Below, in pieces: positions 16,905-25,457 of a stretch of 32,000 nt of DNA. A program made the translations under genes and the position numbers. Under the pieces are notes generated by a model. It did no database searches. It saw only the letters and a list, made by a program, of their open reading frames with translations, and had not been told where the DNA came from. Source of the stretch: Ignicoccus islandicus DSM 13165 (GTDB lineage: Archaea > Thermoproteota > Thermoprotei_A > Sulfolobales > Ignicoccaceae); the NCBI RefSeq assembly GCF_001481685.1, contig NZ_CP006867.1, positions 330,001 to 362,000 on the forward strand. Reading direction: 5' to 3'. Each line of letters starts with the position of its first letter. Position 1 is the first letter of the stretch.

Positions 16905-17522
16905 TCACAGTAGGAACGTAAATACAGCTGATAGCGAAAACAGCGCCAGCCACAAACCTTGATGATATCGGAACACCTTGGATCCGTCTAGAGGTTCCAA
17001 GGGCAGTAAGTTGAAGAGGGCGAGGAACCAATTGATTGAAGATATCATGTAGAACGGAGGGTAAAGCGTCAAGACGTAGAGCGCGTTGAAGATCAAGCCT
17101 ATAACTATATTCGCTATAGGACCGGCAGCGGCTATTGCCGCTTCAGGTAGGAGAGGTATCCTATACACTATTGGATTGAACTTCCTATGACCCCTGGCAA
17201 AGCAAGAGAACATTACAGCGCCTGGAGCAGCGAACACGAACATGCCTCTCGTTATAACTGATAGGAAGAGCGCTAACGCTAGGCCCAAGGGCCAGAGCTT
17301 GTACTCAGCGAAGCAACCGTATGCCTTAGCCGTCTCCCTGTGCGCCAATTCATGCATCACGAAGCCTAATCCGACGGCTACGGCCGTCCACAGAAAGGCG
17401 TCCAGCCAGCCGTGAGCTAAGTACCTAATTCCGAACGCTATGCTGAGGACGATCCAAGACACGAGGAGTGCATAGGTACCAGTAGTCCAATCGATTGCGT
17501 ACTTGTAGCTTCGGTAATACAT
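16905..17522 (-). CDS. M50 (site-2 protease-like) membrane zinc metalloprotease
   Basis: An HELAH motif sits in a TM context. The distal NLLPLEPLDGSKV motif matches the LDG motif of the S2P family. Multiple TM helices. Confidence 0.75.
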   Translation of the reverse strand: MYYRSYKYAIDWTTGTYALLVSWIVLSIAFGIRYLAHGWLDAFLWTAVAVGLGFVMHELAHRETAKAYGCFAEYKLWPLGLALALFLSVITRGMFVFAAPGAVMFSCFARGHRKFNPIVYRIPLLPEAAIAAAGPIANIVIGLIFNALYVLTLYPPFYMISSINWFLALFNLLPLEPLDGSKVFRYHQGLWLALFSLSAVFTFLL

Positions 17523-17527
17523 GTTCC

Positions 17528-18613
17528 TTACCTCGTGATCCTACTGCTCGATATCTTCCGATATAACTCCTTGGCCTCTTCGTTCTCTTGGAAGTATCTC
17601 CTCACGGGCTCAAGTATTTCCGAGAGGTACTTGGCGGTAGCTTTCTTCAAATCTAAGGGATGGAGCTTGCCTTCCCTGAACGCCTCCTCTAATTCTTCGT
17701 ATGTATTGAAAGCAACAGTCCCGCCGAACTTCTCGGGCCTCTCTACGACGAAGGGTTTGTATTCCCTCCAAGGAAATATTACGTATTTAACTATGTCCAG
17801 AACTGGGTTGAACTCCACCACTCCAGCCGGGCAGTAAGCTTTCTTCAATTTACTCCATATCTCTTCCGGTGAGTCGTGAACGAATATGGCGCTCTCCGGT
17901 TTGCTCTTACTCATCTTTATTTCGGAGGCGTAATCGTCTAGGTCCTTCACATCCATTCTCTTACCCCCTTGCAAGGAGGTAAGTAAGGGCGTGTGAATTG
18001 CTATAACCTTCTTGGCATTGATCTTAGGAGCTACGTCTCTCTGTAGCATATGTGCTTTCCTTTGATCTAAGCCCCCCAAGGCTACGTCCAAGTCCATGTA
18101 TACTATATCGGAAACCTGCATTGCTGGATAGATTAATTTGGAGCTATCTAGCTCCGCCTCGTCCGCCTTCCTTCCCATTATAGTTAACGCCCTTTTCATT
18201 CTCGCTAACGAGGTGTTTTTAGCAACCTTGATAACTAAGGCCCAGTAATTGGGATCGCTAACTAGGTCTTCAGCGTAGACCCACCCTATCTTATCCATGG
18301 GTAGTCCTAGGGCCTTGAGAACGTGCCAGACGTACCGAGCTGCGTCCCTTATGAGGTTTAAGTCACCGCCTAGCTTGTCGTTGACCCAAGCGTGCCAAGT
18401 GGCTGCCAGCACTCTCATCTCTATGCCGGCTCTAACTAGATCGTCGAGCTTCTTCGCCCAGACCATCCAACCTACGTGAAAGAGGCCCGAGGGCTCGAAG
18501 CCTATGTATCCCTTCAGCTTCTCTCCCTTCTCGAGCTTCTCCCTTAGTTCGCTTTCGGTTACTATCTCTACCGTATTTCTCTTTATTAATTTAATTTTCT
18601 CTTCTACGTCCAC
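17528..18613 (-). CDS. tyrS: Tyrosyl-tRNA synthetase (crenarchaeal long form)
   Basis: Has GFEPSGLFHVGW (HIGH-equivalent), ATWHAWVNDK, YPAMQVSDI...ALGGLDQRKAHML and KMSKSKPESAI. GTG start. Confidence 0.85.
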   Translation of the reverse strand: MDVEEKIKLIKRNTVEIVTESELREKLEKGEKLKGYIGFEPSGLFHVGWMVWAKKLDDLVRAGIEMRVLAATWHAWVNDKLGGDLNLIRDAARYVWHVLKALGLPMDKIGWVYAEDLVSDPNYWALVIKVAKNTSLARMKRALTIMGRKADEAELDSSKLIYPAMQVSDIVYMDLDVALGGLDQRKAHMLQRDVAPKINAKKVIAIHTPLLTSLQGGKRMDVKDLDDYASEIKMSKSKPESAIFVHDSPEEIWSKLKKAYCPAGVVEFNPVLDIVKYVIFPWREYKPFVVERPEKFGGTVAFNTYEELEEAFREGKLHPLDLKKATAKYLSEILEPVRRYFQENEEAKELYRKISSSRITR

Positions 18614-18663
18614 TTTAAGTCCCGAAAGAAAGGTTGAAGCTCGCGCTATTTACGATTGCAGTT

Positions 18664-18996
18664 TCAAATTACCCTAACTCGTACGGGCCTCCCGTAGCTA
18701 TAGCCCTTAACTACGCCGCCCTCGCTAACCAAGTACGCTTTCCACAACTTCGCAATTGCGAAATCCCTTTTACTAGCGCTAACGTGTTTGTGAAACACTC
18801 CTATCAAGTCGTCCCTCGGCAAGGGCACGCAATTGAAGGCTATTGGAGTAGAAACGCAATGGGTGAAGGCAACCCCTTCGATAACTACTAAATTTCCCTC
18901 CTGAGAACCGAGAAGTAGCGCTCCCTCCTCGAAGTCTAGATCAGAGAGCAGTTCAATTAACGGGCGAGGAATTGCTATCTCGAGAATCGATCTCAT
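18664..18996 (-). CDS. Minimal JAMM/MPN-like protein with a compressed metal motif
   Basis: 110 aa. It has EEGALLLGS (the Glu-x-Gly context of JAMM) and later FHKHVSASKRD, i.e. HxH-x3-S-xx-D rather than the canonical HxH-x7-S-xx-D. Overall length and order resemble stand-alone archaeal JAMM proteins. GGGGAGGA lies 8 nt upstream of the ATG. Confidence 0.5.
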   Translation of the reverse strand: MRSILEIAIPRPLIELLSDLDFEEGALLLGSQEGNLVVIEGVAFTHCVSTPIAFNCVPLPRDDLIGVFHKHVSASKRDFAIAKLWKAYLVSEGGVVKGYSYGRPVRVRVI

Positions 18997-20305
18997 CTAG
19001 CTTCCTCCCCTCTACGTCGACTTCGGCCCTCAAGCCCGCTCCCTCACCTATCTCCCTCATCTTCAACAAGGCTCTCTTAATCAATGCGTAAAATTGTAGG
19101 GTAGCGTAAACTCTATCTGCGAAACCTACTTCATCGTCCCTTATTTCAATTAGGCTTCTTACCTCTCTCTTTCGCTCCAATGGCTCGGCGTTCATTAGCT
19201 TCCTCAAGGGAAGTAGGTTCCATATTTTGCAGAAGTTCTTGTCCTCTGTAACTAAGACGTTTCCGTCCATAAGCAAGGGATCTATTTGCATTATCGCCTT
19301 ATCGCATAAGTCCGGAGGACTCGGATATTCTATTTTAAGCGACTTTACTTCCTCGACCACGTCGTGAGCAATGAGCGATATGAGATCGACCTTGTCTCCC
19401 CTCTTGGCCCTCTCCTCGAATTTATGAATTAACTCGTATATAACGCATCTAGGTACCCTAATTGTAAAGCCTTTGTAAACCCAATTAAGAGCTCCTAGGA
19501 GGACGAATGACGTATCGGCTATGATTGGCTTACCCTTCAAAGACTTCATTAGGTCCAATGGAAGCAAGCCGGATAGCCATAGCAAGCTATCCTGACCCCT
19601 AGCCAGAACGCCCCTACCTTTAAGCATAGGTGCACCGGTTATTCTCGTCACGTCGCGTTCCGTTACTACCTCCACGCTCCCAATGGCGCTTCCTAGGTCG
19701 AAAGTTACCTTCAACGAAGGCTTCTTGCAATTGAGGTCGTTGCAAGTGTAGTGCAAAGTAGCGTTCAGTTTCTTAACTAATTGGGCCACCTCTCTTCTAA
19801 TGGGGCCTAAGTTGTTCAAGCCTACTTTCTCTAGGTCAATGTTTTCTATTACGTCGTCCACCTTGTCTCGAAACTTTACGTCCCCTATTCCGGTTACTCT
19901 CTGGAGGAACCTGGGTACGAAGGGGTAAACTAAACCGTTCCAGAAACCGAAGGGGAAGGTTACGTGAACTACTTTGCTGGACGCTTTACTGGCTACTGAG
20001 GAGAGCGACGCTCCCGCAGGAGATATCACTACCACGTCGCTTTCGCTCAAGTGTCGCTTGAGTTCGGAGAGCCTCTTACTTAAGGACGCCTCGTCCCCTG
20101 GAACCTCCGCCATCTCAATGCTTGGAATTATCCCAGTTAGTTTCTCTGCATTCCTCTTCCCTGAAGGAGTGTGCAAGACCTTCACTCGATCGACCTCTAT
20201 TTCTTCAAGCGATCTCAAGGTTGAGGAAATGGAAGAAAAGAGGTTAACTTCACCTCCGGCTAACAACACAGCTAAGCTGTCTCTCCTAGGCATTCCCTTA
20301 ACCAA
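18953..20305 (-). CDS. Two-domain protein: N-terminal Rossmann-like (CARF/SLOG-like?) domain plus C-terminal PIN-domain nuclease
   Basis: PIN acidic residues appear in the canonical order: IIADTSFVL, YELIHKFEE, LCDKAIMQ, LVTEDKNF. The N-terminus alternates beta/alpha segments (AVLLAGG..., VKVLHTP..., VVVISPAGASLSS). The likely start is the ATG at 20293 (MPRRDS), with a TAAATAT element upstream. Confidence 0.6.
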   Translation of the reverse strand: MVKGMPRRDSLAVLLAGGEVNLFSSISSTLRSLEEIEVDRVKVLHTPSGKRNAEKLTGIIPSIEMAEVPGDEASLSKRLSELKRHLSESDVVVISPAGASLSSVASKASSKVVHVTFPFGFWNGLVYPFVPRFLQRVTGIGDVKFRDKVDDVIENIDLEKVGLNNLGPIRREVAQLVKKLNATLHYTCNDLNCKKPSLKVTFDLGSAIGSVEVVTERDVTRITGAPMLKGRGVLARGQDSLLWLSGLLPLDLMKSLKGKPIIADTSFVLLGALNWVYKGFTIRVPRCVIYELIHKFEERAKRGDKVDLISLIAHDVVEEVKSLKIEYPSPPDLCDKAIMQIDPLLMDGNVLVTEDKNFCKIWNLLPLRKLMNAEPLERKREVRSLIEIRDDEVGFADRVYATLQFYALIKRALLKMREIGEGAGLRAEVDVEGRKLDEIDSRDSNSSPVN

Positions 20306-20839
20306 TATTTAGTGTTAAGCAAACCTTTTGACGTCTTCAAGGACTTCTTTTATATTGGTCTCGAAGATTTATTTCGCCCCGGCGTAACGAACTGAAAGCG
20401 TTGAAATTAAGAGAACATTGATCGCAAGTTTGCTGTGACTGAGACGTGAGGGAAAGCAGTTACCACATGGCGAGAGGCCGTCTGTTGCGAGCTTGAGTTA
20501 TTAGCGCAGCTCCCGGCACTGGCCAGTAAGCAGTATTCGAATCTCGCCTTCGCATACGGTTGTAATTGCGTTTCCAGAGACCTTTTACAAGCGACTTCGT
20601 ACTTTCCAGAGTCGCTGATAGGCTTACTGGAACGTCGCCTCCTTATGCAAGATACTATATATCTAAGGTCTCCTGCGAAGCCGTTCTTTGGAAGGGCGAT
20701 GGATTGAGACGTTAGTAGGGAGTAGACCTTGACCATTAAAAACGCTCAACACGCACTACATTGAAGCGCCCGCAGGGAGCGATCCCAAGGAAACTCAATA
20801 TAGCTTTTAGGAGAAGGGAAGAGAGGTGAACTCGAGCTG

Positions 20840-21319
20840 TTGGACGAGGCAACGAGGTATTTAGCGCTCGGAGTGTTCCTCGCGTCGCTCGCATTGGGGA
20901 GCTTGGATTACTCGCTCTCGGGCGGAACCGTTTCGCCTTTAACGCCAGCAGCTGCGCTGGCTGTAGTAATAGCGTTTATTTCCATGGTGTTCCTAGATGA
21001 AGGTTCGTCGAAATTACATAAGCAGTTCACCGAGGGGGCCTTGATAGCTGCCGCGATATTGGACTTGCTAAGGATAATTGACCTCGTCATAGGTTTTCCC
21101 AACCCGCAATACGCAGTTGGTCTGCTCTATTTCGCGTTAGGCTACTTAGAGATCAAGGAGATAACGGTGTTCGCTGTAAAGCCTTTCAAAATCTATCCTC
21201 ACGGTCAAGTAGTAACGGCTCTAGCTATAGACCCAACGCCCTTGCTCGCTGCGTGGTACCTATATTCATTTAGAAGAGAAAGCCTTAGGAAGTTCGTTAA
21301 ATCCGTTGTGAGCGCTTAG
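20840..21319 (+). CDS. Hypothetical membrane protein (4-5 TM)
   Basis: TTG start, hydrophobic helices, no recognisable motif. Confidence 0.5.
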   Translation: MDEATRYLALGVFLASLALGSLDYSLSGGTVSPLTPAAALAVVIAFISMVFLDEGSSKLHKQFTEGALIAAAILDLLRIIDLVIGFPNPQYAVGLLYFALGYLEIKEITVFAVKPFKIYPHGQVVTALAIDPTPLLAAWYLYSFRRESLRKFVKSVVSA

Positions 21320-21359
21320 TTTTTGTAACCTTGTCTGCACGTGACGATGGGTAATACGG

Positions 21360-21689
21360 ATGGCTAAGAAGAAGAGAGACGCTACAATATGTCCGAAGTG
21401 TGGTACTAAGGTAGAGCCTATCAAGACTTGGCAACTGGTCTCTCCCATGCCCGACTCGAAGGGAAGAATAACAATAACGATAATGGGAAGCTTCCAATGT
21501 CCTAACTGTGGGCACAAGTGGAGGGGCGTAGTTAGTAAGATAAAGATCGGGGGAGGAGAGATCGAAGTAAAAGGGAAGAAGATAAAGGAACCAGAGCCAG
21601 TACAAGAAGAGCCTGAAGTGATAGAGCTCGACCTGGATGAGCTGGACGTAAGCGATGAGGAAATAGAGAAAGCACTTAAGTCAAAGTAA
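21360..21689 (+). CDS. Zinc-ribbon protein with an acidic C-terminal tail
   Basis: CPKCG...CPNCG (CxxC-x36-CxxC), a basic N-terminus MAKKKR, and a Glu/Asp-rich tail. Confidence 0.7.
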   Translation: MAKKKRDATICPKCGTKVEPIKTWQLVSPMPDSKGRITITIMGSFQCPNCGHKWRGVVSKIKIGGGEIEVKGKKIKEPEPVQEEPEVIELDLDELDVSDEEIEKALKSK

Positions 21690-21714
21690 TGGATTTTTCC
21701 TAAGGAATCAACTC

Positions 21715-22146
21715 ATGAACGATAGAGAGCTCATAAAGCTGACTATAAGCGACTTCGCTACGATAAATCAATCCGTTCCTAAGGAACAAATTCCCTTACT
21801 TAGAGCGCTAAGAGGGGAAAGGGAGGTTCCCTTAAAGGACGGAACGGTCCACTTAATGGACGAAGACGACCTACAGAGGCTCTCCAACGCCATCCCTTCT
21901 TGGCTCAGATGGCTAGTTAAGGTTCCCATAGTTCTAAGCTATAACCCCGAAACCGGGGCTTTGAGCGTCATGGGAGACCAATGGCAAGAAGAGGCAGTAA
22001 GGAACGTTCTTGGACTCGAACGAGACGAAAAACTTAAATTTTACCATTTGGATAAGCTAGTTATGGAACTGGGTTCACTAGTGTTCGTAATATTTGCGGT
22101 GGATCTCCGCGAGGTGATTTCCTCCAAGGGTGTTGAAAATGAATAG
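21715..22146 (+). CDS. UPF0216 (DUF61) family protein
   Basis: Size (143 aa) and pattern match my recollection of archaeal UPF0216 proteins: INQSVPKEQIPLLRAL...PLKDGTVHLMDEDDLQRL...VPIVLSYNPETGALSVMG. Confidence 0.65.
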   Translation: MNDRELIKLTISDFATINQSVPKEQIPLLRALRGEREVPLKDGTVHLMDEDDLQRLSNAIPSWLRWLVKVPIVLSYNPETGALSVMGDQWQEEAVRNVLGLERDEKLKFYHLDKLVMELGSLVFVIFAVDLREVISSKGVENE

Positions 22147-23014
22147 GAAGTTCGTTAAGGACGTTTTATCTCTAATTGGAGACAAAGGCGTATTAATTAA
22201 TGGCAAGGCCTCGGACATAGTGGTCAAAAGAGAAGGGAGGATCTTCGCTGTAATAGCTGAAAGGAACGCCTCTAGGATTAAGAGAGGTAAAGTAGGAGTA
22301 CTGAACGCTTTGGCAAAAGCAATAGACGCCATTCCACTGATAGTAAGCGAGAAAATGGGTTCCGAGAAATTATTGGAGGACGTCATTTACGAGAGGTTCG
22401 ATACGCCGGTAGCTTCCCCGGAGACCTTGAATAAACTATTGTCTGGTGATAAAATATACATAAGGAAACACAAGTCGGCTTTCGTCGTTAGCGTGAACCC
22501 GAAGGAGCTCAAGCGGAAGAGAGTTGAGAGCGGGATGAGCTTGGGCGCCCTAGCCGACTACTTAGGGGTTAGCAAGAAGTCCGTATACGATTACGAAAGG
22601 GGGGAGAGCAAGGTAAGCGTGGACGTTGCGGTGAAGCTCGTGGAGCTGTTCGGCGAGGAAGTACTAGAGGAGGTGAACTTCAATGAATTCGAAGGAGTAA
22701 TAGAGCCTTGCGAGCCGCATAGCCCAATTGAGGCCAAATTACTTGATAGGACCGAAGGCGTACACGTACCCAAAGGTAACGTCCACGTAGGGAAAGAGAG
22801 GGAGTTCGTAGCAGTTGTTCCACACGGCGACGAGGAATTGCAGTGGTTCGGGGAAGCTAGTAAAATGATAGACAAGAAGGCCTTCGCAGTAGGCTTCGAA
22901 GACTTACCCAAGGACCTGGAGGGAGGCAACGTCGAAATTGCTAGAGATATAGAGGAGTTCGTAAGGCTCTTAAGGGAAGGGAAGGAAAGAGATGGACGTC
23001 AGAGAAGCGCTTAG
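22130..23014 (+). CDS. Archaeal putative HTH-type (Cro/C1, XRE) transcriptional regulator, ~300-aa family
   Basis: The central helix-turn-helix is RVESGMSLGALADYLGVSKKSVYDYERGESKVSVDVAVKL. The likely start is the ATG at 22139. It overlaps both neighbouring genes. Confidence 0.75.
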   Translation: MLKMNRKFVKDVLSLIGDKGVLINGKASDIVVKREGRIFAVIAERNASRIKRGKVGVLNALAKAIDAIPLIVSEKMGSEKLLEDVIYERFDTPVASPETLNKLLSGDKIYIRKHKSAFVVSVNPKELKRKRVESGMSLGALADYLGVSKKSVYDYERGESKVSVDVAVKLVELFGEEVLEEVNFNEFEGVIEPCEPHSPIEAKLLDRTEGVHVPKGNVHVGKEREFVAVVPHGDEELQWFGEASKMIDKKAFAVGFEDLPKDLEGGNVEIARDIEEFVRLLREGKERDGRQRSA

Positions 23015-23864
23015 CGTTATATCTAAGGAGGACTTAGAAATACTTTACGCTTTGGAGAAGTACTCAAATAGGTATGAGTTCGTTCCTCTAGAAGTCTTGG
23101 AGAAGTCTACCCGGTTACCCCTTCACGTTTTAGAAAGGAGCTTGTACAAGCTAAACTCTTTGAAGATAATAAAGAGACAGTCCGCTTCGTTCCTAGGCTA
23201 CAGACTGACCATAGTAGCCTACGACGTACTGGCAATAGTCTCGTTAATGAAAAAGGGGTACTTAGATAAGTTGGGAGAGAAGCTGGGCGTCGGAAAGGAG
23301 AGCGACGTCTACCTTGGAATAACTCCAAGTGGAAAGGAAGTGGCCGTTAAGTTCCACAGAGTTGGGAGAACTAGCTTCAGGCACGTGGCTAGACACAGGA
23401 GCTATAAGCTAGAGAGTTCGTGGCTCTTGCAATCGAAGGTCTCAGCGCAAAGGGAGTTCGCCGCGCTAAGGGAGCTTTCCTCGGTAGGCGCGAAGGTCCC
23501 CGAGCCGATAGCTAGAAGTAGGCACGTAGTGGTAACTGAGCTGATTAAGGGCGCAGTAGAGCTCTCAGAGAAGCCTCCCTTAAAGGATCCATTGAAAGCG
23601 TTCCAAGACGTCATTGAAACGATCGATAAAGCCTATAACGAGGTGGGTATCGTTCACGGTGACTTAAGCGAGTACAACGTTATAGTAAATCCCGAGACTT
23701 CCGAAGCTTACGTAATAGATTGGCCCCAATACGTTGAAAGGGATCATCCAAGAGCGAAGGAACTATTAAGGAGAGACGTAGACTACGTGGTAAAGTTCTT
23801 CAGAAAGACTTATTCGATTCCTGTAGAGACGGAGGAAGTTTACGAAGCAATAGTAAAGCGGTAG
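22992..23864 (+). CDS. rio2: RIO-type serine/threonine kinase Rio2
   Basis: An N-terminal winged-helix region is followed by the RIO domain: GVGKESDVYLG, VAVKFHRVGRTSFR, IVHGDLSEYNVIV, VIDWPQ. Confidence 0.85.
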   Translation: MDVREALSVISKEDLEILYALEKYSNRYEFVPLEVLEKSTRLPLHVLERSLYKLNSLKIIKRQSASFLGYRLTIVAYDVLAIVSLMKKGYLDKLGEKLGVGKESDVYLGITPSGKEVAVKFHRVGRTSFRHVARHRSYKLESSWLLQSKVSAQREFAALRELSSVGAKVPEPIARSRHVVVTELIKGAVELSEKPPLKDPLKAFQDVIETIDKAYNEVGIVHGDLSEYNVIVNPETSEAYVIDWPQYVERDHPRAKELLRRDVDYVVKFFRKTYSIPVETEEVYEAIVKR

Positions 23865-23888
23865 CAAATTACCCCAAATTATCCTAGA

Positions 23889-25424
23889 TCACGTTGTTCG
23901 TTTGTATCTATGAAGTGATTCTATTAATACAAGAGATCCGAGAAGGGTTGAAGATATCAAGAGGTACAGCGTAAGTGGGTAGCACCTCAAGGAGCTAGAG
24001 TAAAGGCCGGTAGAACTTTCCTCTCGTAAAGCAACGGCACAACTACCTAGATAAGAGAACTCTGGTATACCTCTCGCAAACGACTTCTCGTAGCCTGGCG
24101 GTAGGTACTTGCCGGAATATATTGGGACCTTGTAATTTACCCTTAGGCTTACGTTTCCGGAGTTAGTGTTGTAATGTACCAAAACTTCCCTATTTAGTAT
24201 TCGAGGGGTCCCGTTCAAGAGTTTGATATCAGAGCTTACGGTAGAAACCTTCACGTTCGTTACGTTGAGTTGCTTCACTAAGTCGAAGTAAACTGGAGCG
24301 GAGCTGGAATAGAAGATAGAGAGGGCTAACGCGACTATTAAAGCTGCCTCGAGTGATTCGACGAACTTTCTCTTCTTTACATATGTTACTGCAAAGCTTA
24401 TCCAAGGTATTACAGACGCTAAGATATAGTGGAGAAATCCCGTTGGAGATATTAAAAGATACTTACACCTCTTGTAATACGCAATAGATAAGGTTAGGGT
24501 AGATAACGTTAAAACTAGTTGAAAAGCCTCAATGGAATAATACCTAATGAGAGCCATCGCAAGCAACGCTATTGATGGAACGAGAACTCCTAGGGAAATT
24601 ACCTCCAACCCTTCAACTAATTTCAAGTAATATAACGAGCTTAAGAGCAGCGTTGCGAATGCTATTCCTAAGGACCTTTGATCAGCGAAGTACGGACTTG
24701 CTATATCGGTCGGAATTAAACGAACTATTGATATAGTAACTAAAGACGCCAATATTATTGAAAGCGTGCTGAGCTTGTCCCTATACAAGTAGTGAATTAC
24801 GAGGGAGAGTACTGATACGAGGTAGGCCGCGTGGAAAATGGAATAAGGGATCGGGATTCCATACGTAGTTAAGTTGTAATACGCAAAGAGAGCTAATGAA
24901 AAGGACGCTAACGAAGCAGACAAGTTTAGTAGAGGGTCTTTCCGAACTGCCAAGTACGAAACGTAGAGGGCTATTGAGAGATGGAATAGAAATAGATAGA
25001 GCGTATCGAACGTACTCCTAATAGTACCATAGCCTATAGGCGGTATCGAAGGGGCGCTGAACATCATTGAAGAGTTTAGACTAAGGTAATTGGACCAATA
25101 AGTCAAAAGGGAAGCGATCAATACGCTAGCTGAAATGGAAAGGGGCAGCTTGCGGAAGTAAGATAGCATTGAGGCGATTAGTGGAACGTAGAACTGAGGG
25201 AGCGTCAGAGCTACGACTACCCTCTCAAGCGGATTTAGGGCGCAGTTAACCCAGTACCATTCGAGCAACGTGGAAACGCGACACGAGAGGAAGTGAAAGA
25301 GCGTCAGAATTGATATCGATAACGGAATTAGGGATAAGTACTTAGATGAATCGAGCTTTCTGAACAAGTAAGCTAGAACGGGTAATGGTATTGAAATAAC
25401 TATGAGAAGTGAGAAAAAATTCAT
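23889..25424 (-). CDS. Polytopic membrane protein (at least 12 TM) with a ~100-aa sequon-rich extracytoplasmic loop and a terminal TM
   Basis: 511 aa, very rich in Ser/Leu/Tyr/Ile. Sequons include NVT, NGT, NVS, NLT and NSS. GGGGAGGT lies about 12 nt upstream of the ATG and only 33 nt after the pilin stop, with no T-tract between. No AglB WWDYG motif was seen. Confidence 0.7.
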   Translation of the reverse strand: MNFFSLLIVISIPLPVLAYLFRKLDSSKYLSLIPLSISILTLFHFLSCRVSTLLEWYWVNCALNPLERVVVALTLPQFYVPLIASMLSYFRKLPLSISASVLIASLLTYWSNYLSLNSSMMFSAPSIPPIGYGTIRSTFDTLYLFLFHLSIALYVSYLAVRKDPLLNLSASLASFSLALFAYYNLTTYGIPIPYSIFHAAYLVSVLSLVIHYLYRDKLSTLSIILASLVTISIVRLIPTDIASPYFADQRSLGIAFATLLLSSLYYLKLVEGLEVISLGVLVPSIALLAMALIRYYSIEAFQLVLTLSTLTLSIAYYKRCKYLLISPTGFLHYILASVIPWISFAVTYVKKRKFVESLEAALIVALALSIFYSSSAPVYFDLVKQLNVTNVKVSTVSSDIKLLNGTPRILNREVLVHYNTNSGNVSLRVNYKVPIYSGKYLPPGYEKSFARGIPEFSYLGSCAVALREESSTGLYSSSLRCYPLTLYLLISSTLLGSLVLIESLHRYKRTT

Positions 25425-25457
25425 TTTTAGTTAAACCTCCCCGAGCCGGTTTTGGCT

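Noticed and set aside
20521-20634. Replication-origin (ORB/mini-ORB) interpretation of the TTCCAG(T/A) repeats
   Set aside because: Only half of the TTCCA-N-TGGAA dyad is present. There is no G-string element. No extended AT-rich unwinding element lies between the inverted copies (about 45% GC). No orc1/cdc6 or whiP gene is adjacent.
20407-20736. 109-aa minus-strand ORF inside the non-coding island
   Set aside because: Its composition is Ser/Gln/Cys/Asn-rich and it uses CGN arginine codons, unlike every confident gene here. The region is better explained by its repeat and stem content. It is kept only as part of the ncRNA/regulatory-island finding.
20378-20790. Identification of the island as RNase P RNA or SRP (7S) RNA
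   Set aside because: I could not find the near-universal CR-I GAGGAAAGUCC or ACAGAA...GGCUUAC pairing logic; only GAGGGAAAGCAG and GGCTTAC fragments are present. I also could not find the archaeal SRP helix-8 AGGCCCGGAAGGGAGCA motif. A covariance-model search is needed to settle this.
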